Shown in pieces: positions 47,653 through 59,655 of a stretch of DNA of 64,000 nt. Within the stretch, counting starts at the first letter, position 1, and each line of letters begins with the position of its first letter. This DNA is from Pseudomonadota bacterium (lineage in GTDB: Bacteria; Pseudomonadota; Gammaproteobacteria; Steroidobacterales; Steroidobacteraceae), in contig JAJYUA010000013.1 in assembly GCA_021792755.1 (NCBI GenBank), positions 12,624 through 76,623 of the forward strand, in the 5' to 3' direction. The position numbers were made by a program, and so were the translations under genes. The notes below the pieces were generated by a model, which saw only the letters and a program-made list of their open reading frames with translations, was not told the DNA's origin and made no database searches.

Positions 47653-48429
47653 TCAGGCCCCGCTCAGGTGACGCAACAGGATCAGCGTCTCGGCGAGCAG
47701 CCGGGTAAAGCCGCTCTCGAGCGCCGGCAGGCCGGCGATGATCACTCCCAGGCCGAACAGCAGCGAAATCGGCAGGCCCACGGCGAACAGGTTCATGCTC
47801 GGGGCGGCGCGGCTCACCACTCCGAAGGCGAGGTTGGCCACCAGCAGCGCCGTGACTCCGGGCAGCGCGACCGCGAGCGCCCCGGAAAAGAGCATCGAGC
47901 CCCAGCTCACCACCGTCCAGATCCCCCTCGCCCCGAGTCCGGCGGTGCCGATCGGCAGGGTGCGAAAGCCCTGCACCAGAACCCGGATCAGCGCCAGATC
48001 GCCGTGCAGCAGCAGGAAGAGCAGGGTCGCGAGCACGGTGTAGAGCTGCCCGAGGGCCGGGGTCGCCGCTCCCTGCAGCGGATCGAGGTTGAAGGCGAGC
48101 GACAGACCCATGCCGTTGGCGATCAGCTGGCCGCTGAGGGAGATCGCCGCGAACAGGATCTGCAGGCAAAAGCCGAGCGCGATGCCGATGATCGCCTGCT
48201 GCACGGTGATCAGCACCCCGGCGGCCGAGAGCGCGCTCACCCGCGCAGGCTCGGGGATGAGCGGCGCGATGAGCAGCGCGATCGCCCCCGCCAGCACGAT
48301 GCGCAGCTGCGCGGGCACCGATACCGCGCCGAACACCGGGGCCACCATGAAGCACGAGCCGATGCGCACGAACGGCCAGAAGACCGAATCGACGGCGGTG
48401 TCGAGCTGCGTGGCGGTGACCGTGATCAT
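47653..48429 (-). CDS. fliR: Flagellar export apparatus protein FliR
   Basis: 258 aa, polytopic membrane protein. ..FWPFVRIGSCFMVAPVFG.. Lies between fliQ and flhB. Confidence 0.92.
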   Translation of the reverse strand: MITVTATQLDTAVDSVFWPFVRIGSCFMVAPVFGAVSVPAQLRIVLAGAIALLIAPLIPEPARVSALSAAGVLITVQQAIIGIALGFCLQILFAAISLSGQLIANGMGLSLAFNLDPLQGAATPALGQLYTVLATLLFLLLHGDLALIRVLVQGFRTLPIGTAGLGARGIWTVVSWGSMLFSGALAVALPGVTALLVANLAFGVVSRAAPSMNLFAVGLPISLLFGLGVIIAGLPALESGFTRLLAETLILLRHLSGA

Positions 48430-48445
48430 CGGGGCGGTGCGGATC

Positions 48446-48715
48446 TCAGTTGAGCAGGCCCGGGATGCTCAGGATGAGCTCGCGGGTGTAGCCGACCAGC
48501 GTCTTCAGCATCCAGGGACCGGCGATCACCAGCACCAGCGTCATCACGAGCAGCTTGGGGATGAAGGACAGCGTCATTTCGTTGATCTGCGTGGCGGCCT
48601 GGAAGGCGCCGACCACCACGCCGGTGATGAGCGCGGCGAGCAGCAGCGGCGCGGCGAGCGCAAGGGCGACCTCGAGCGCGCCTCTGCCTATGGTCATGAC
48701 GGAATCCGGAGTCAC
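48446..48715 (-). CDS. fliQ: Flagellar export apparatus protein FliQ
   Basis: 89 aa. ..LLLAALITGVVVGAFQAATQINEMTLSFIPKLL... Confidence 0.95.
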   Translation of the reverse strand: MTPDSVMTIGRGALEVALALAAPLLLAALITGVVVGAFQAATQINEMTLSFIPKLLVMTLVLVIAGPWMLKTLVGYTRELILSIPGLLN

Positions 48716-48727
48716 CTGTCCTCCTCG

Positions 48728-49471
48728 TTAGTGATAGAAGCTCGCGGCGAGCGAGCCCATGACGAGCGACCAGCCGTTGACCAGAACGAACAGCATCAGC
48801 TTGAAGGGCAGCGAGATCAGCGTCGGGGTGACCATCATCATGCCCATCGACATCAGCACGCTCGCCACCACCAGATCGATGATCACGAACGGGATGAACA
48901 GCAGAAATCCGATGAGGAAGGAGGTCTTCAGCTCGCTGGTGACGAAGGCCGGCACGAGCACCGACAGCGGTACGTCGAGCGGCGCGGCATAGCCCTTACC
49001 GCCGGCGATGTGCACGAAGGTGGCGATGTCGTTCTCGCGGGTCTGGTGGAGCATGAACTCCTTCAGCGGCACTTCGGCCCGATCGAGCGCGGCCTGCGCG
49101 CCGATGGCGCCGGCGGCGTAGGGCCGATAGGCGACCTGATCGATCTGCCGGATGACCGGCGACATCACGAAGAAGGTCAGAAACAGCGCCAGACCGAGCA
49201 GCACCTGATTGGGCGGGGTCTGGCCGGCGCCGAGCGCCTGGCGAAGGATCCCGAGGACGATGACGATGCGGGTGAAGGCCGTCATCATCAGCAGCAGCGC
49301 CGGCAGCAGGCTGAGCGCGGTCATCAGCGCCAGCACCTGCAGGGTGAGCGTGTAGGTCTGCGTGCCGCCGTGAGTCTGGACGCTGAAAGCGGGGATGCCC
49401 GGGGCGGCGCAGGCGGCCATCGGCACGAGCGCGAGCAGCACGAGCGGCCAGGCCTTGCGCAATCGAGTCAT
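48728..49471 (-). CDS. fliP: Flagellar export apparatus protein FliP
   Basis: 247 aa. ..[18 protein letters not shown]...[18 protein letters not shown].. and ..[25 protein letters not shown]... Confidence 0.97.
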   Translation of the reverse strand: MTRLRKAWPLVLLALVPMAACAAPGIPAFSVQTHGGTQTYTLTLQVLALMTALSLLPALLLMMTAFTRIVIVLGILRQALGAGQTPPNQVLLGLALFLTFFVMSPVIRQIDQVAYRPYAAGAIGAQAALDRAEVPLKEFMLHQTRENDIATFVHIAGGKGYAAPLDVPLSVLVPAFVTSELKTSFLIGFLLFIPFVIIDLVVASVLMSMGMMMVTPTLISLPFKLMLFVLVNGWSLVMGSLAASFYH

Positions 49472-49851
49472 TTCCCCAGGCTCCGCTTCAGAAGCTGCGA
49501 GAAGCCGGGCCGGGCGGGCTCTGCTGCGGGGGCGGCGGGCTTGCCGACTTCGATCGGCTGCTCGAGCACGTGCAGCGCGGTGACCCGTCCGGGGGCGACG
49601 CCGAGCAGGATCTGGGCGGCGCCCACCTTGAGCAGCACCGCGCGCTCCTTCGGCCCCAGCGGCAGGTTGGCCAGCACCTCGAGCGCGCCGGCGGCGCGAT
49701 TGCCGAAGGTGCGCACCCTGCGGGTGAGCCAGGCGAGGGCGAAGATGGCTGCGAGAACCGCAAGCAGCGCCAGGGTGACCGACAGCAGACCGCCGGCGCC
49801 GGTCTGCGGCGCGTGCGCGGCGGCGGCGGGGGCGGCGAACAAACGGCTCAT
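49468..49851 (-). CDS. fliO: Flagellar protein FliO
   Basis: 127 aa, single TM segment (..[21 protein letters not shown]..). Lies between fliN and fliP, with overlapping stop/start codons on both sides. Confidence 0.8.
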   Translation of the reverse strand: MSRLFAAPAAAAHAPQTGAGGLLSVTLALLAVLAAIFALAWLTRRVRTFGNRAAGALEVLANLPLGPKERAVLLKVGAAQILLGVAPGRVTALHVLEQPIEVGKPAAPAAEPARPGFSQLLKRSLGK

Positions 49852-50183
49852 CTGAGCTTGCGCAGCCGCTCGGCCGGGCTGATCACGTCGGTGAGACGGA
49901 TGCCGAATCTTTCGTTGACGACGACCACCTCGCCGTGGGCCACCAGCGTGCCGTTGACGTAGACATCGAGCGGCTCGCCGGCGGTGCGGTCGAGCTCGAC
50001 GACCGAGCCCTGGTTGAGCTGCAGGAAGTTGCGGATCGGGATGCGCGTGCGCCCGACCTCCATCGACAAAGTCACGGGGACATCGAGGATCACCTCGATG
50101 TTGACGTCGCCGGTGCTCTTACCGGGCGCCTCTTCGGTCAGGTCGCTGAATTCGGCGGGTTGGGGCTCGATCTTGGCGTTCAT
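49848..50183 (-). CDS. fliN: Flagellar switch protein FliN
   Basis: The track ORF 49848..51845 is a gross over-extension. I use the ATG at 50183. ..[67 protein letters not shown]. Confidence 0.95.
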   Translation of the reverse strand: MNAKIEPQPAEFSDLTEEAPGKSTGDVNIEVILDVPVTLSMEVGRTRIPIRNFLQLNQGSVVELDRTAGEPLDVYVNGTLVAHGEVVVVNERFGIRLTDVISPAERLRKLR

Positions 50184-50191
50184 GATGACAC

Positions 50192-51190
50192 TCACTTGGT
50201 CTGGACCGCCTCGGAGGCGGCTTTGGTGCGGCGGATGCGCTCCTCGATCTTCACCGCCTGGTGGCCGTGGGAGACGCCGAAGCTGCCGCGAAACACCGGC
50301 ACGTCCTCGGCGATGAGGGTGACCTTGCCGTTGAAGTCGCACGGCACCACATCGCCGGGCTTGAGGTTCACGAGCTCGGCGAGGCTGAGCGAGGAGCGGC
50401 CGAGGAGCGTGCTGATCTCGAGCTCCGCGTCCTCCATCTCCTCGCGCAACGACTGCATCCAACGCTCGTCCTTTTCCATGCGGTCGCTCGCCACGCCGGC
50501 GTCCAGCACTTCGCGCAGCGGCTCGATCATGGCGTAGGGCAGGGCGATGTGCAGGTTCCCGCCCGTGCCGTCGAGCTCGATGTGAAACGAGCTCACCACC
50601 ACGATCTCCGAGGGCGAGACGATGTTGGCAAAATGGGGGTTGATTTCCGACTGCAGGTACTCGAGCTCGATCGAGGCGACGTGCGACCAGGCCTCGCGCA
50701 TGTCCGCGAACACGCCGCGCAGCACCAGGTGGATGATGCGCTGCTCGGTGGCGGTGAATTCGCGTCCTTCGATCTTGGCATGCCGGCCGGTGCCGCCGAA
50801 GAAGTTGTCGACCACCGCGAACACGAGCTTCGGGTCGAGAACGACGAGCGCCGTGCCGCGCAGCGGGTTGATCTTGATGAGGTTCAGGCTCGTCGGCACG
50901 TGCAGGGTGTGCACGAACTCGCTGAACTTCTTGATCTGCACGGGGCCGACGGCGACCTCGGGGGAGCGGCGCAGCAGGTTGTACAGGTTGATCCGATGCA
51001 GCCGCGCGAACCGCTCGTTGATCATCTCGAGCGTGGGCATGCGCCCGCGCACGATGCGCATCTGATTGGCGAGGTCGTACGAGCGGACCTCGTCCGGGGA
51101 CGGGGGCGCCTCGGTGCTCACCGCGCCGGTGTCGACGCCGTGCAACAGCGCGTCGATTTCGGCCTGGTCGAGTATCTTCTCGTTGCTCAT
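50192..51190 (-). CDS. fliM: Flagellar switch protein FliM
   Basis: 332 aa. MSNEKILDQAEIDALL (CheY-P binding peptide), ..MPTLEMINERFAR.. and ..GRHAKIEGREFT... Confidence 0.96.
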   Translation of the reverse strand: MSNEKILDQAEIDALLHGVDTGAVSTEAPPSPDEVRSYDLANQMRIVRGRMPTLEMINERFARLHRINLYNLLRRSPEVAVGPVQIKKFSEFVHTLHVPTSLNLIKINPLRGTALVVLDPKLVFAVVDNFFGGTGRHAKIEGREFTATEQRIIHLVLRGVFADMREAWSHVASIELEYLQSEINPHFANIVSPSEIVVVSSFHIELDGTGGNLHIALPYAMIEPLREVLDAGVASDRMEKDERWMQSLREEMEDAELEISTLLGRSSLSLAELVNLKPGDVVPCDFNGKVTLIAEDVPVFRGSFGVSHGHQAVKIEERIRRTKAASEAVQTK

Positions 51191-51211
51191 GGCGTCGGCC
51201 CGGGGCGGCGG

Positions 51212-51709
51212 CTACTGCATCACGAAGCTGGTGAAATAAACGGCCTCGATGCGCGCGGGCCTGCCGCCGTTCTGCGCGGCCACCTTGCGAATCGCGGCGA
51301 GCACCTCGGCGCGCAGCTTCTGCTTGCCCGCCTCGGTCTCGAGCGTGCTCGCCCTCTGGCTGCCGAGCAGCAGCAGCAGGCTGTTGCGCACCATCGGATC
51401 GTTCTGCTTGAGAAGCTCGATGGTCTTGCGGTCGCGCGAGGCCACCTCCACGGTCACCTGCAGGAAGCGCACCAGCTGGCCGGCCTGGAAGTTGACGACG
51501 AAGGGCTTGAGCGGCAGGTAGATCGGCGGACCGGATGGCGCCTTCGAGCTGCCGTGGCGTGCCGCGCCGGACCCGAACAGATGCAGCGCCATGGCGCCGC
51601 CGACACCTGCGCCGAGCACCACCGTTGCCATGACGATGAGCAGCCACAGGGGCGGCAGGCGTTTCTTCTGCGGCGCCGGTGCGGTCTCGGCGGCGGGTGC
51701 GGTGGCCAT
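51212..51709 (-). CDS. fliL: Flagellar basal-body-associated protein FliL
   Basis: 165 aa. One TM segment, then ..YLPLKPFVVNFQ....RFLQVTVEV..... and ..EAVYFTSFVMQ. Confidence 0.9.
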   Translation of the reverse strand: MATAPAAETAPAPQKKRLPPLWLLIVMATVVLGAGVGGAMALHLFGSGAARHGSSKAPSGPPIYLPLKPFVVNFQAGQLVRFLQVTVEVASRDRKTIELLKQNDPMVRNSLLLLLGSQRASTLETEAGKQKLRAEVLAAIRKVAAQNGGRPARIEAVYFTSFVMQ

Positions 51710-51756
51710 CGGTGTTGCGACTCCCGTGCGGTGTCAGGTATTGCGCCGGTAAGGAG

Positions 51757-51772
51757 TGCAATGCCCGTGCCA
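51757..51772 (-). promoter_or_regulatory. sigma54 promoter of the fliLMNOPQR-flhBAF.. unit
   Basis: The minus strand reads TGGCACGGGCATTGCA, a full consensus TGGCAC-N5-TTGCA. It ends 48 nt upstream of the fliL ATG, which has GGGAG 11 nt upstream. Confidence 0.8.
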
Positions 51773-51776
51773 GTCG

Positions 51777-51817
51777 TGTTTTCGATATTCCAACTACATG
51801 ATCGGAAAAAGAATTGT
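51777..51817. promoter_or_regulatory. AT-rich island just upstream of the fliL sigma54 promoter (possible IHF/bending site)
   Basis: ttttcgatattccaactacatgatcggaaaaagaattgtg stands out against about 70% GC. It covers roughly -30 to -70 relative to the fliL promoter. It is only a partial match to WATCAA-N4-TTR. Confidence 0.3.
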
Positions 51818-52075
51818 GCTCGCGGCCCGGTGTGAGGCGCGTCACAGCGGCGCGCCGGTGACGAACTTCCGGCGCTGCCTGCCCGGCGGGCGCCCGGGGC
51901 GCGGCGGCCGGCGAGCGAGGCCGCCATGTTGTCGCCGATTGTGGACAATCTGGAGACCGGTCACAGATTCCCGTTCAGCTGCCGCGCACCATTGCGCCGT
52001 GGGCTCACGAGAATCCGGACAACCGGCGCAAGCCCCGCCCGTAAGAAGAGCCGCCAAGAAGAGAGTGAAGCTGTC

Positions 52076-53278
<1,203 letters not shown>

Positions 53279-53342
53279 CGCCGCGAGGCGCGCGGCCGGC
53301 CGCGCCCGTGACTGCCGTCACGCTTTGCAGCCGTTTGCCGCC

Positions 53343-53358
53343 CGGCACGGCATTTGCA
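53343..53358 (+). promoter_or_regulatory. sigma54 promoter of the second activator gene (and probably fliEFGHIJK)
   Basis: CGGCACGGCATTTGCA (GGCAC-N5-TTGCA, GG-N10-GC exact). It lies 40 nt upstream of the ATG at 53399, which has a GGAGGGAG Shine-Dalgarno. Confidence 0.75.
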
Positions 53359-53398
53359 TTCCTCCCCCGGTGAAGCGTCCCGGTGTTTGGAGGGAGCG

Positions 53399-54514
53399 AT
53401 GGCAGAGAATTCAGATCCAGCAACTTTCCGAGCCAACCCCGCGCACGGCGGACCGGAGCCGGTGGCCTGCGCCGCCCACTCGCAGCGTCTGCTCGAGCTT
53501 GCGCGCCGCGTGGCGGTCGCGGACTGCACCGTGCTCATCTGCGGGGAGTCCGGCACGGGCAAGGAAGTCCTTTCCCGTTACGTTCACCGCCGTTCGCGAC
53601 GCGCCAAGGGGCCCTTCGTGGCCGTCAACTGCGCGGCGATTCCCGAGAACATGCTCGAGGCGATGCTGTTCGGCTACGAGCGCGGCAGCTTCACCGGCGC
53701 GCACGCCACCCATCCGGGCAAGTTCGAGCAGGCGCAGGGCGGCACGCTGCTGCTCGATGAGGTGAGCGAGATGCCGCTCGGCCTGCAGGCGAAGCTGCTG
53801 CGCGTGCTGCAGGAGAAGGAGGTCGAGCGGCTCGGCGGCCGCGATGCCATCAGCCTCGACGTGCGCGTCGTCGCGACCACCAACCGCACGCTGCGCGAGC
53901 AGGTGGCCTGCGGGGGCTTTCGCGAGGATCTGTACTACCGGCTGAACGTGTTTCCGCTCGCCATCGCGCCGCTGCGGCAACGCCGCGACGACGTGTTGCC
54001 GCTGGCCATGCAATTGCTGACCGCCCATTGCCGCCCGGGCACGAGCATCCCGGCGCTGAGCGCCGAGGCGGCGCATCGGCTCCTCACCTATCCCTGGCCC
54101 GGCAACGTGCGCGAGCTCGACAATCTGCTGCAGCGGGCGCTCATCCTGGTCAATGGTCCGGTGATCGGACCGGAGCACATCCTGTTCGAGGCCGCGAACC
54201 TCGCCCCGGGCGGGGAGCCGCACCGCGGCGAGCGAGGCCCGATGCCGGGCGGGCAGCCAAGCCCGTTCGCTGCCGACCGGGCGGGGCGGGCTTTCGGGCT
54301 CGAATCCGCCGCGCCTTCCTCGCAGGCGGTCTCATCGGTCGGCTCGCTGGCCGGCTCGCTCATCGAGGCCGAGCGCGATCTCATCCTCGATGCGCTCAAG
54401 TGCGGCCAGGGCAGCCGGCGCGAGGCGGCCGAGCGGCTGGGCATCAGCCCGCGCACATTGCGCTACAAGCTCGCACGCCTGCGCGAGGCGGGCGTCGAAG
54501 TGCCGGCGGCCTGA
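53399..54514 (+). CDS. Second sigma54-dependent activator, also without a receiver/sensory domain
   Basis: The TTG start in the track (53354) lies inside the promoter element, so I use the ATG at 53399. ..[19 protein letters not shown].., ..[10 protein letters not shown].., ..[11 protein letters not shown].., ..[11 protein letters not shown]... HTH ..[28 protein letters not shown]. Confidence 0.88.
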   Translation: MAENSDPATFRANPAHGGPEPVACAAHSQRLLELARRVAVADCTVLICGESGTGKEVLSRYVHRRSRRAKGPFVAVNCAAIPENMLEAMLFGYERGSFTGAHATHPGKFEQAQGGTLLLDEVSEMPLGLQAKLLRVLQEKEVERLGGRDAISLDVRVVATTNRTLREQVACGGFREDLYYRLNVFPLAIAPLRQRRDDVLPLAMQLLTAHCRPGTSIPALSAEAAHRLLTYPWPGNVRELDNLLQRALILVNGPVIGPEHILFEAANLAPGGEPHRGERGPMPGGQPSPFAADRAGRAFGLESAAPSSQAVSSVGSLAGSLIEAERDLILDALKCGQGSRREAAERLGISPRTLRYKLARLREAGVEVPAA

Positions 54515-54524
54515 GGCGCACCCC

Positions 54525-54887
54525 ATGAGTCAGATGGGCATCGATCAGGTGCTGGCACAGATCCGCTCGCTCTCGGGGCAGGTGCGCCTCGATGCGCCCC
54601 GGCCGCCCGGGGCCCCGAGCATCGGCGCCCCGGGCGTGCGGGAGGGGACCGCGAACGGCGCGCCGAGCGAGTTCGCCACGCTGCTCAAGCGCGGAATCGA
54701 CGCGGTGAACCGCAGCGAGCAGAGCGCCAACGCGCTGGCGGATGCCTTTTCGCGGGGCGTTCCGGGCGTGTCGCTGCCTCAGGTGATGGTGCAGATGGAC
54801 AAGGCGAGCGTGTCCTTTCAGGCCCTGACCGAGGTGCGCAACCGCCTCATCACCGCCTACCAAGACATCATGAACATGCAGATGTAG
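54525..54887 (+). CDS. fliE: Flagellar basal-body protein FliE
   Basis: The ORF was trimmed to the ATG at 54525, 10 nt after the activator stop. ..FATLLKRGIDAVNRSEQSANALADAF.. and ..VMVQMDKASVSFQALTEVRNRLITAYQDIMNMQM. Confidence 0.92.
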   Translation: MSQMGIDQVLAQIRSLSGQVRLDAPRPPGAPSIGAPGVREGTANGAPSEFATLLKRGIDAVNRSEQSANALADAFSRGVPGVSLPQVMVQMDKASVSFQALTEVRNRLITAYQDIMNMQM

Positions 54888-54896
54888 TGAGCCCAC

Positions 54897-56618
54897 ATGG
54901 CCGCCGAATCCACTGCCCTGCCGGCGATGCCGGCACTGCCCGCGAGCCTGCGTCCTTTGCTGCTGCTGGTCGGCATCGCCGCGGCGGTGGCCGCCGGCGT
55001 CTGGATCGTGCTGTGGTCGCGGGGCCCGACCTACAGCCTGCTGTACGCGAACCTCCCGCCGCAGCAGGAGTCGCAGGTCGTGCAGGCGCTGCAGGGGGCG
55101 CAGATTCCCTATCGGCTCGATCCGGCGACCAATGGCGTCGAGGTGCCCGCCCAGCAGCTCGATGCGGCGCGGCTGAAGCTCGCCGGCCAGGGCGTCGCCG
55201 GCGGCGACAGCTTCGCGCAGTTCGACAAGGACTCGGGCTTCGGTGTGAGCCAGTTCATCGAGAACATCCGCTACCAGCACGTGCTCGAGTCGGAGCTGGC
55301 GCACACCATCGCGAGCCTGCAGCAGGTGGCCTCCGCGCGCGTGAACCTCGCCGTGCCGCGCCAGTCCGTGTTCATCAGCGACCAGACCCCCGCCAGCGCC
55401 TCGGTATTCGTGCAGCTGCGCGACGGCGGCACGCTCGGGCCCGAGGAAGTGCAGGCGATCGTGAATCTGGTCGCCTCGAGCGTGCCCGATCTGTCCGCCT
55501 CGCACGTGACGGTGGTCGACCAGAACGGCCAGCTGCTCTCGAGCCCGCAGGGCGACAGCCCCTATGCGCTCGACGAGCAGGGCTTCAACCTGGTGCACCG
55601 CCTGGAAAGCGAGGACCGGCGGCGCATCGTGGCGCTGCTCACCCCCCTGGTCGGTCCCGGGCTGGTGCACGCCGATGTGGTCGCGCAGCTCGATACGGGC
55701 ACCAGCGAGCAGGCCCGGGAGCTCTACAAGCCCGGCAGTCAGATCGTGCGCAGCGAGCAGATCTCCGAGCAAAGCGCCGCTGGCGGCCCCGGCGGGGTAC
55801 CGGGCTCGCTCTCGAACGAGCCGCCCGTGCCGGGCTCCCTGGCGCCGCCCGCGAGCGCCAAACCCGCAGCCTCGCGCGGCGGCCCGGGCGCCTCTTCCTC
55901 CCCGAAGGCGCCTTCCGCCTCGCCGGGGGCGGCGGCTGCGTCCCGCTCGAGCGGCGCGAAAGGCGCGTTGGAGGCGGTGGGAGCGCCCGCGGGCGCCGGC
56001 GGCGTGCTCTCGAGCAACATCACGCGCAATTACGAGATCGACCGCACGCTCGATTACTCGCGCAAGCCGCCGGGGCGGATCCGCCGCCTCAGCGTCGCGG
56101 TGCTCATCGGCTATCGGCCCGTCAAGGGCGCCAACGGCAAGGTCACCGAGGTGCCGCTGTCTGCCCGGGAGCTCGCCCGCGTCACCCAGCTGGTGAAGGA
56201 CGCGGTGGGTTTCGATCCGGCGAGGGGTGACAGCGTGAGCGTGGTCAACGAGCCGCTCGACCTGCCCGCGGCCGCCGCCGCAGGCGGACGATACGTGGGG
56301 CCGTCGCTGTGGCAGCGGCCGATGTTCTGGAGCCTGGTGAAGATCATCGCCGGACTGATCGCGGTGCTGGCGCTGGCGCTGGTCGTGTTGCGTCCGATGG
56401 TGCGGATGCTCCTTGCGCCCGCGGCGCCCGCCTCCCTCGGGGCCCCGGCGCAGCTCGCGGTGCAGGCCGACGGTACGGCGATGCCGCAGGCGCAGAAGGA
56501 GGCGGTGGTCAAGGCGCTCTCGCACGAGCAGCAGCTCGCGAACGCGCGCGCGCTGGTGAGCCAGGATCCGAAGCGGGTCGCGCAGATGGTGCGCGGCTGG
56601 GTGGGCAACGATGAATGA
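54897..56618 (+). CDS. fliF: Flagellar MS-ring protein FliF
   Basis: 573 aa. ..LLYANLPPQQESQVVQALQGAQIPYRLD.. and ..NYEIDRTLDY... A low-complexity Pro/Ala/Ser insert, then the C-terminal TM segment and FliG-binding tail. Confidence 0.95.
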   Translation: MAAESTALPAMPALPASLRPLLLLVGIAAAVAAGVWIVLWSRGPTYSLLYANLPPQQESQVVQALQGAQIPYRLDPATNGVEVPAQQLDAARLKLAGQGVAGGDSFAQFDKDSGFGVSQFIENIRYQHVLESELAHTIASLQQVASARVNLAVPRQSVFISDQTPASASVFVQLRDGGTLGPEEVQAIVNLVASSVPDLSASHVTVVDQNGQLLSSPQGDSPYALDEQGFNLVHRLESEDRRRIVALLTPLVGPGLVHADVVAQLDTGTSEQARELYKPGSQIVRSEQISEQSAAGGPGGVPGSLSNEPPVPGSLAPPASAKPAASRGGPGASSSPKAPSASPGAAAASRSSGAKGALEAVGAPAGAGGVLSSNITRNYEIDRTLDYSRKPPGRIRRLSVAVLIGYRPVKGANGKVTEVPLSARELARVTQLVKDAVGFDPARGDSVSVVNEPLDLPAAAAAGGRYVGPSLWQRPMFWSLVKIIAGLIAVLALALVVLRPMVRMLLAPAAPASLGAPAQLAVQADGTAMPQAQKEAVVKALSHEQQLANARALVSQDPKRVAQMVRGWVGNDE

Positions 56619-57624
56619 CCGCGGCAAAGCGGTCTCCCGCAGCGGCACAGAGCGCGCGGCGATCCTGCTGCTCACGCTGGGGGAGACCGAAGCGGCGCAG
56701 GTGCTGAAGCACATGGGCGCCAAGGAGGTGCAGCGCATCGGCGCGGCCATGGCCAAGCTCGCCAACGTCTCGAAGGAGGAGGTGCAAGGCATCCTCTCCG
56801 ATTTCCACACCACGGTGGAGAGTCAGACTTCCGTCGGGGTGGGCGCGGATGAGTTTCTGCGCAAGGTCCTGGTCGATGCGCTCGGCAGCGACAAGGCCGA
56901 GAGCATCATCGACCGGATCAACATCGGGCGCGGCACCAAGGGTCTGGAGGCCCTCAAGTGGATGGACCCGCGCGCCGTGGCCGAGCTGATCCGCCTCGAG
57001 CATCCGCAGATCATCGCCATCGTGCTCGCCTATCTCGATGCGGACCAGGCGGCCGACGTGCTGCAGCTGCTGCCGATGCCGGTGCGCTCCGATGTCATCG
57101 CGCGCATCGCGCTGCTCGATGGGGTGCAGCCAAGCGCGCTGAGCGAGCTCGACGAGATCATGGAGAAGCAGTTCGCCGGCAAGTCCACCGGCAAGACTTC
57201 CGTGCTGGGCGGCGCCAAGGCCGCCGCCAACATCATCAACTTCCTCGAGCCCAGCCAGGAAAGCGCCCTCATGGAGCAGGTCGCCAAGAGCGACGAGGCG
57301 CTTGCCGCGCGCATCGAGGAGCTGGTGTTCGTGTTCGATAACCTGCTCGATCTCGATGACCGCGGCATGCAGGAGCTGCTGCGCAACGTGCAGTCGGATC
57401 AGCTGCTGCTCGCCTTGAAGGGCGCCGACGAGGGTATGAAGGAGAAGATCTTCAAGAACATGTCGCAGCGGGCCGGCGAGACGCTCAAGGAGGACCTGGA
57501 GGCGAAGGGGCCGGTGCGAGTCTCGGAGGTGGAGAACGCGCAGAAGGAGATCTTGAAGATCGCGCGCAAGCTCGCCGAGAGCGGCGCGATCAGCCTCGGG
57601 GGCAAGGGGGATCAGTATGTTTGA
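56611..57624 (+). CDS. fliG: Flagellar switch/rotor protein FliG
   Basis: 337 aa. ..GTERAAILLLTLGETEAAQVLKHM.., ..EHPQIIAIVLAYLD.. and ..MSQRAGETLKEDLE... Confidence 0.96.
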   Translation: MNDRGKAVSRSGTERAAILLLTLGETEAAQVLKHMGAKEVQRIGAAMAKLANVSKEEVQGILSDFHTTVESQTSVGVGADEFLRKVLVDALGSDKAESIIDRINIGRGTKGLEALKWMDPRAVAELIRLEHPQIIAIVLAYLDADQAADVLQLLPMPVRSDVIARIALLDGVQPSALSELDEIMEKQFAGKSTGKTSVLGGAKAAANIINFLEPSQESALMEQVAKSDEALAARIEELVFVFDNLLDLDDRGMQELLRNVQSDQLLLALKGADEGMKEKIFKNMSQRAGETLKEDLEAKGPVRVSEVENAQKEILKIARKLAESGAISLGGKGDQYV

Positions 57625-58300
57625 GTCACGGCAGGGCGGCACGGATCGTCCGGACGGCGCGCCCGCGCGATCGGCGCGCCGCGACTCGCCCGCGGCGGTG
57701 GAGCGCTGGCGGCTGCCGCAGGTCGAGGGGCCGGTCGTCGGCCTGGGCGATGCGCGGCGGGGCCAGGAGCTCGCTGCGCTCGAGGCGCAGCAGCGGGCCG
57801 AGACCCGCGGCTACGAGGCCGGGCTCGCCCGCGCACAGGCCGAGATGCGGTCGCGATCCGCGGCGCTCGATGAGCGGGTGAGGCGCCTCGATGAGGCGCT
57901 CGGGCTGCTTGCGCGGCCGCTGGCGCAGCTCGATGCCGAGGTGGAGCGGGATCTGGTGCAGCTGGCTCTCGCGGTCGGCAAGCAGCTCGCCCGCCGCGAG
58001 CTCTCGGCCGATCCGGCGCAGGTGATCGCCATCGTGCGCGAGGCGCTCGCGCAGCTGCCGGTGGCGGCGCGCGAGGTGAGGGTACACCTGCATCCTGAGG
58101 AGGCCGCGACGGTGCGTGAGCGCTTGAGCGCCTGCTCGCAGCGCGCCTGGACCGTGGTCGAGGACCCGACGCTCTCGCGCGGCGGCTGTCTGGTGCAGAG
58201 CGAGTCCTCGCGCATCGATGCGCGATTCGAGAGCCGCGTCGCCGCCATCGCCGCCGGTGCGCTGGGCGATGAGCGCAGTGCCGCGCGGGAGGCGCAATGA
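57617..58300 (+). CDS. fliH: Flagellar export ATPase regulator FliH
   Basis: 227 aa. ..[32 protein letters not shown].. and ..[20 protein letters not shown]... Confidence 0.88.
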   Translation: MFESRQGGTDRPDGAPARSARRDSPAAVERWRLPQVEGPVVGLGDARRGQELAALEAQQRAETRGYEAGLARAQAEMRSRSAALDERVRRLDEALGLLARPLAQLDAEVERDLVQLALAVGKQLARRELSADPAQVIAIVREALAQLPVAAREVRVHLHPEEAATVRERLSACSQRAWTVVEDPTLSRGGCLVQSESSRIDARFESRVAAIAAGALGDERSAAREAQ

Positions 58301-59655
58301 GTGCGCTGCAGTTGCCGCGCGCGCGGCGCTGGAGCGAGAGCCTGCGGCGCAGCCGCCTCGCCGTGGAGCAGACCGCGCCGCCGCCCGTGCAAGGCTCGCT
58401 GACGCGCATGATCGGCCTGACGCTCGAGGCGAGCGGGTGCCTCGCCGCGGTCGGTGACTGCTGCGATGTCATCGCCGGCGACGGCTCGCGGATCGAATCG
58501 GAGGTGGTGGGATTCTCCGGCGACAGGCTGTTCCTCATGCCCTCGGGGGACGCGCACGGCCTGGGGCCGAACGCTCGGGTCATCCCGCGCCAGGGGGCCG
58601 GCAGCGTGCGCGTCGGCCCGCAGCTGCTCGGGCGGATCATCGACGGCGGCGCGCAGCCGCTCGATGGTCTCGGCGCGCTCTCGTGCGCCGAGACCGTGCG
58701 CCTCACCGGCAGACCCATCAATCCGCTCGCCCGCCAGCCGATCAGCGAGCCGCTCGATGTCGGCATTCGCGCCATCAACGCGCTGGCGACGGTGGGCCGC
58801 GGGCAGCGCGTCGGATTGTTCGCCGGCAGCGGTGTCGGCAAGAGCGTGCTGCTTGGCATGATGGCCCGCTACACGAGCGCGCAGGTCATCGTGGTGGGAC
58901 TGATCGGCGAGCGCGGCCGCGAAGTGAAGGAGTTCGTCGAGCGCATTCTCGGGCCCGAGGACCGCACCCGGGCGGTGGTCATCGCCGCTCCGGCGGACGC
59001 CCCGCCGCTGATGCGCCTGCACGGGGCGTGGCTCGCCACCGCCATCGCCGAGTACTTCCGCGACCAGGGCGCGAGCGTGCTGCTGCTGATGGACTCGCTC
59101 ACCCGCTTCGCGCAGGCGCAGCGCGAGATCTCGCTGGCGATCGGCGAGGCGCCGGCCACCAAGGGCTATCCGCCCTCGGTGTTTGCGCGGCTGCCGCAGC
59201 TGGTCGAGCGCGCGGGCAACGGCGCGGAAGGGGCGGGCTCCATCACCGCCTTCTACACCGTGCTGACCGAAGGCGACGATCACAACGATCCGATCGCCGA
59301 TGCCGCCCGCGCCATCCTCGACGGGCACGTGGTGCTCTCGCGCCGGATCGCCGAGAGCGGCCAGTACCCGGCCATCGACATCGAGGCCTCCGTCAGCCGC
59401 GCGATGCACGAGATCGCCTCGCCGGAGCATTTCGCGCGGGCGCGGCAATTCCGCCAGATCCTCTCCACGTATCAGCAGCACCGCGATCTGATTGCGATCG
59501 GCGCCTATCAGAAGGGCAATGACCCGCGGGTTGATCAGGCACTCGAGCTCTGGCCGCGCATGCAGCGCTTCCTGCAGCAGGACATGCGCGAGCAGGTCGA
59601 CCTCACGGCGAGTCTCGCGGCGCTGCATGAGGTGCTCGGCGGCGGTGCGGCATGA
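58297..59655 (+). CDS. fliI: Flagellum-specific ATPase FliI
   Basis: 452 aa. Walker A ..[16 protein letters not shown].. and ..[17 protein letters not shown]... Confidence 0.97.
   Translation: MSALQLPRARRWSESLRRSRLAVEQTAPPPVQGSLTRMIGLTLEASGCLAAVGDCCDVIAGDGSRIESEVVGFSGDRLFLMPSGDAHGLGPNARVIPRQGAGSVRVGPQLLGRIIDGGAQPLDGLGALSCAETVRLTGRPINPLARQPISEPLDVGIRAINALATVGRGQRVGLFAGSGVGKSVLLGMMARYTSAQVIVVGLIGERGREVKEFVERILGPEDRTRAVVIAAPADAPPLMRLHGAWLATAIAEYFRDQGASVLLLMDSLTRFAQAQREISLAIGEAPATKGYPPSVFARLPQLVERAGNGAEGAGSITAFYTVLTEGDDHNDPIADAARAILDGHVVLSRRIAESGQYPAIDIEASVSRAMHEIASPEHFARARQFRQILSTYQQHRDLIAIGAYQKGNDPRVDQALELWPRMQRFLQQDMREQVDLTASLAALHEVLGGGAA

Noticed and set aside
49848-51845. A 665-aa ORF spanning fliN, fliM and fliL. 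Similar over-long track ORFs: 13890..15671, 19283..20230, 24076..25722, 25927..27165, 38695..40047, 23108..24217.
   Set aside because: Only the C-terminal part of each matches a known protein (FliN, FlgI, FlgC, CheB, CheR, MotD, HDOD). The N-terminal extensions overlap the neighbouring real genes and look like out-of-frame junk. I trimmed each to an internal ATG, GTG or TTG start with a Shine-Dalgarno or a stop/start overlap.
51926-52075. An upstream ATG at 51926 that would add 50 residues to the first sigma54 activator.
   Set aside because: The added segment is Arg-rich, uses codons that are rare for this genome (aga, aat, att, aca, cca), and contains no domain. It does not create a receiver domain either way. 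I kept 52076 as the start but flag it as uncertain.
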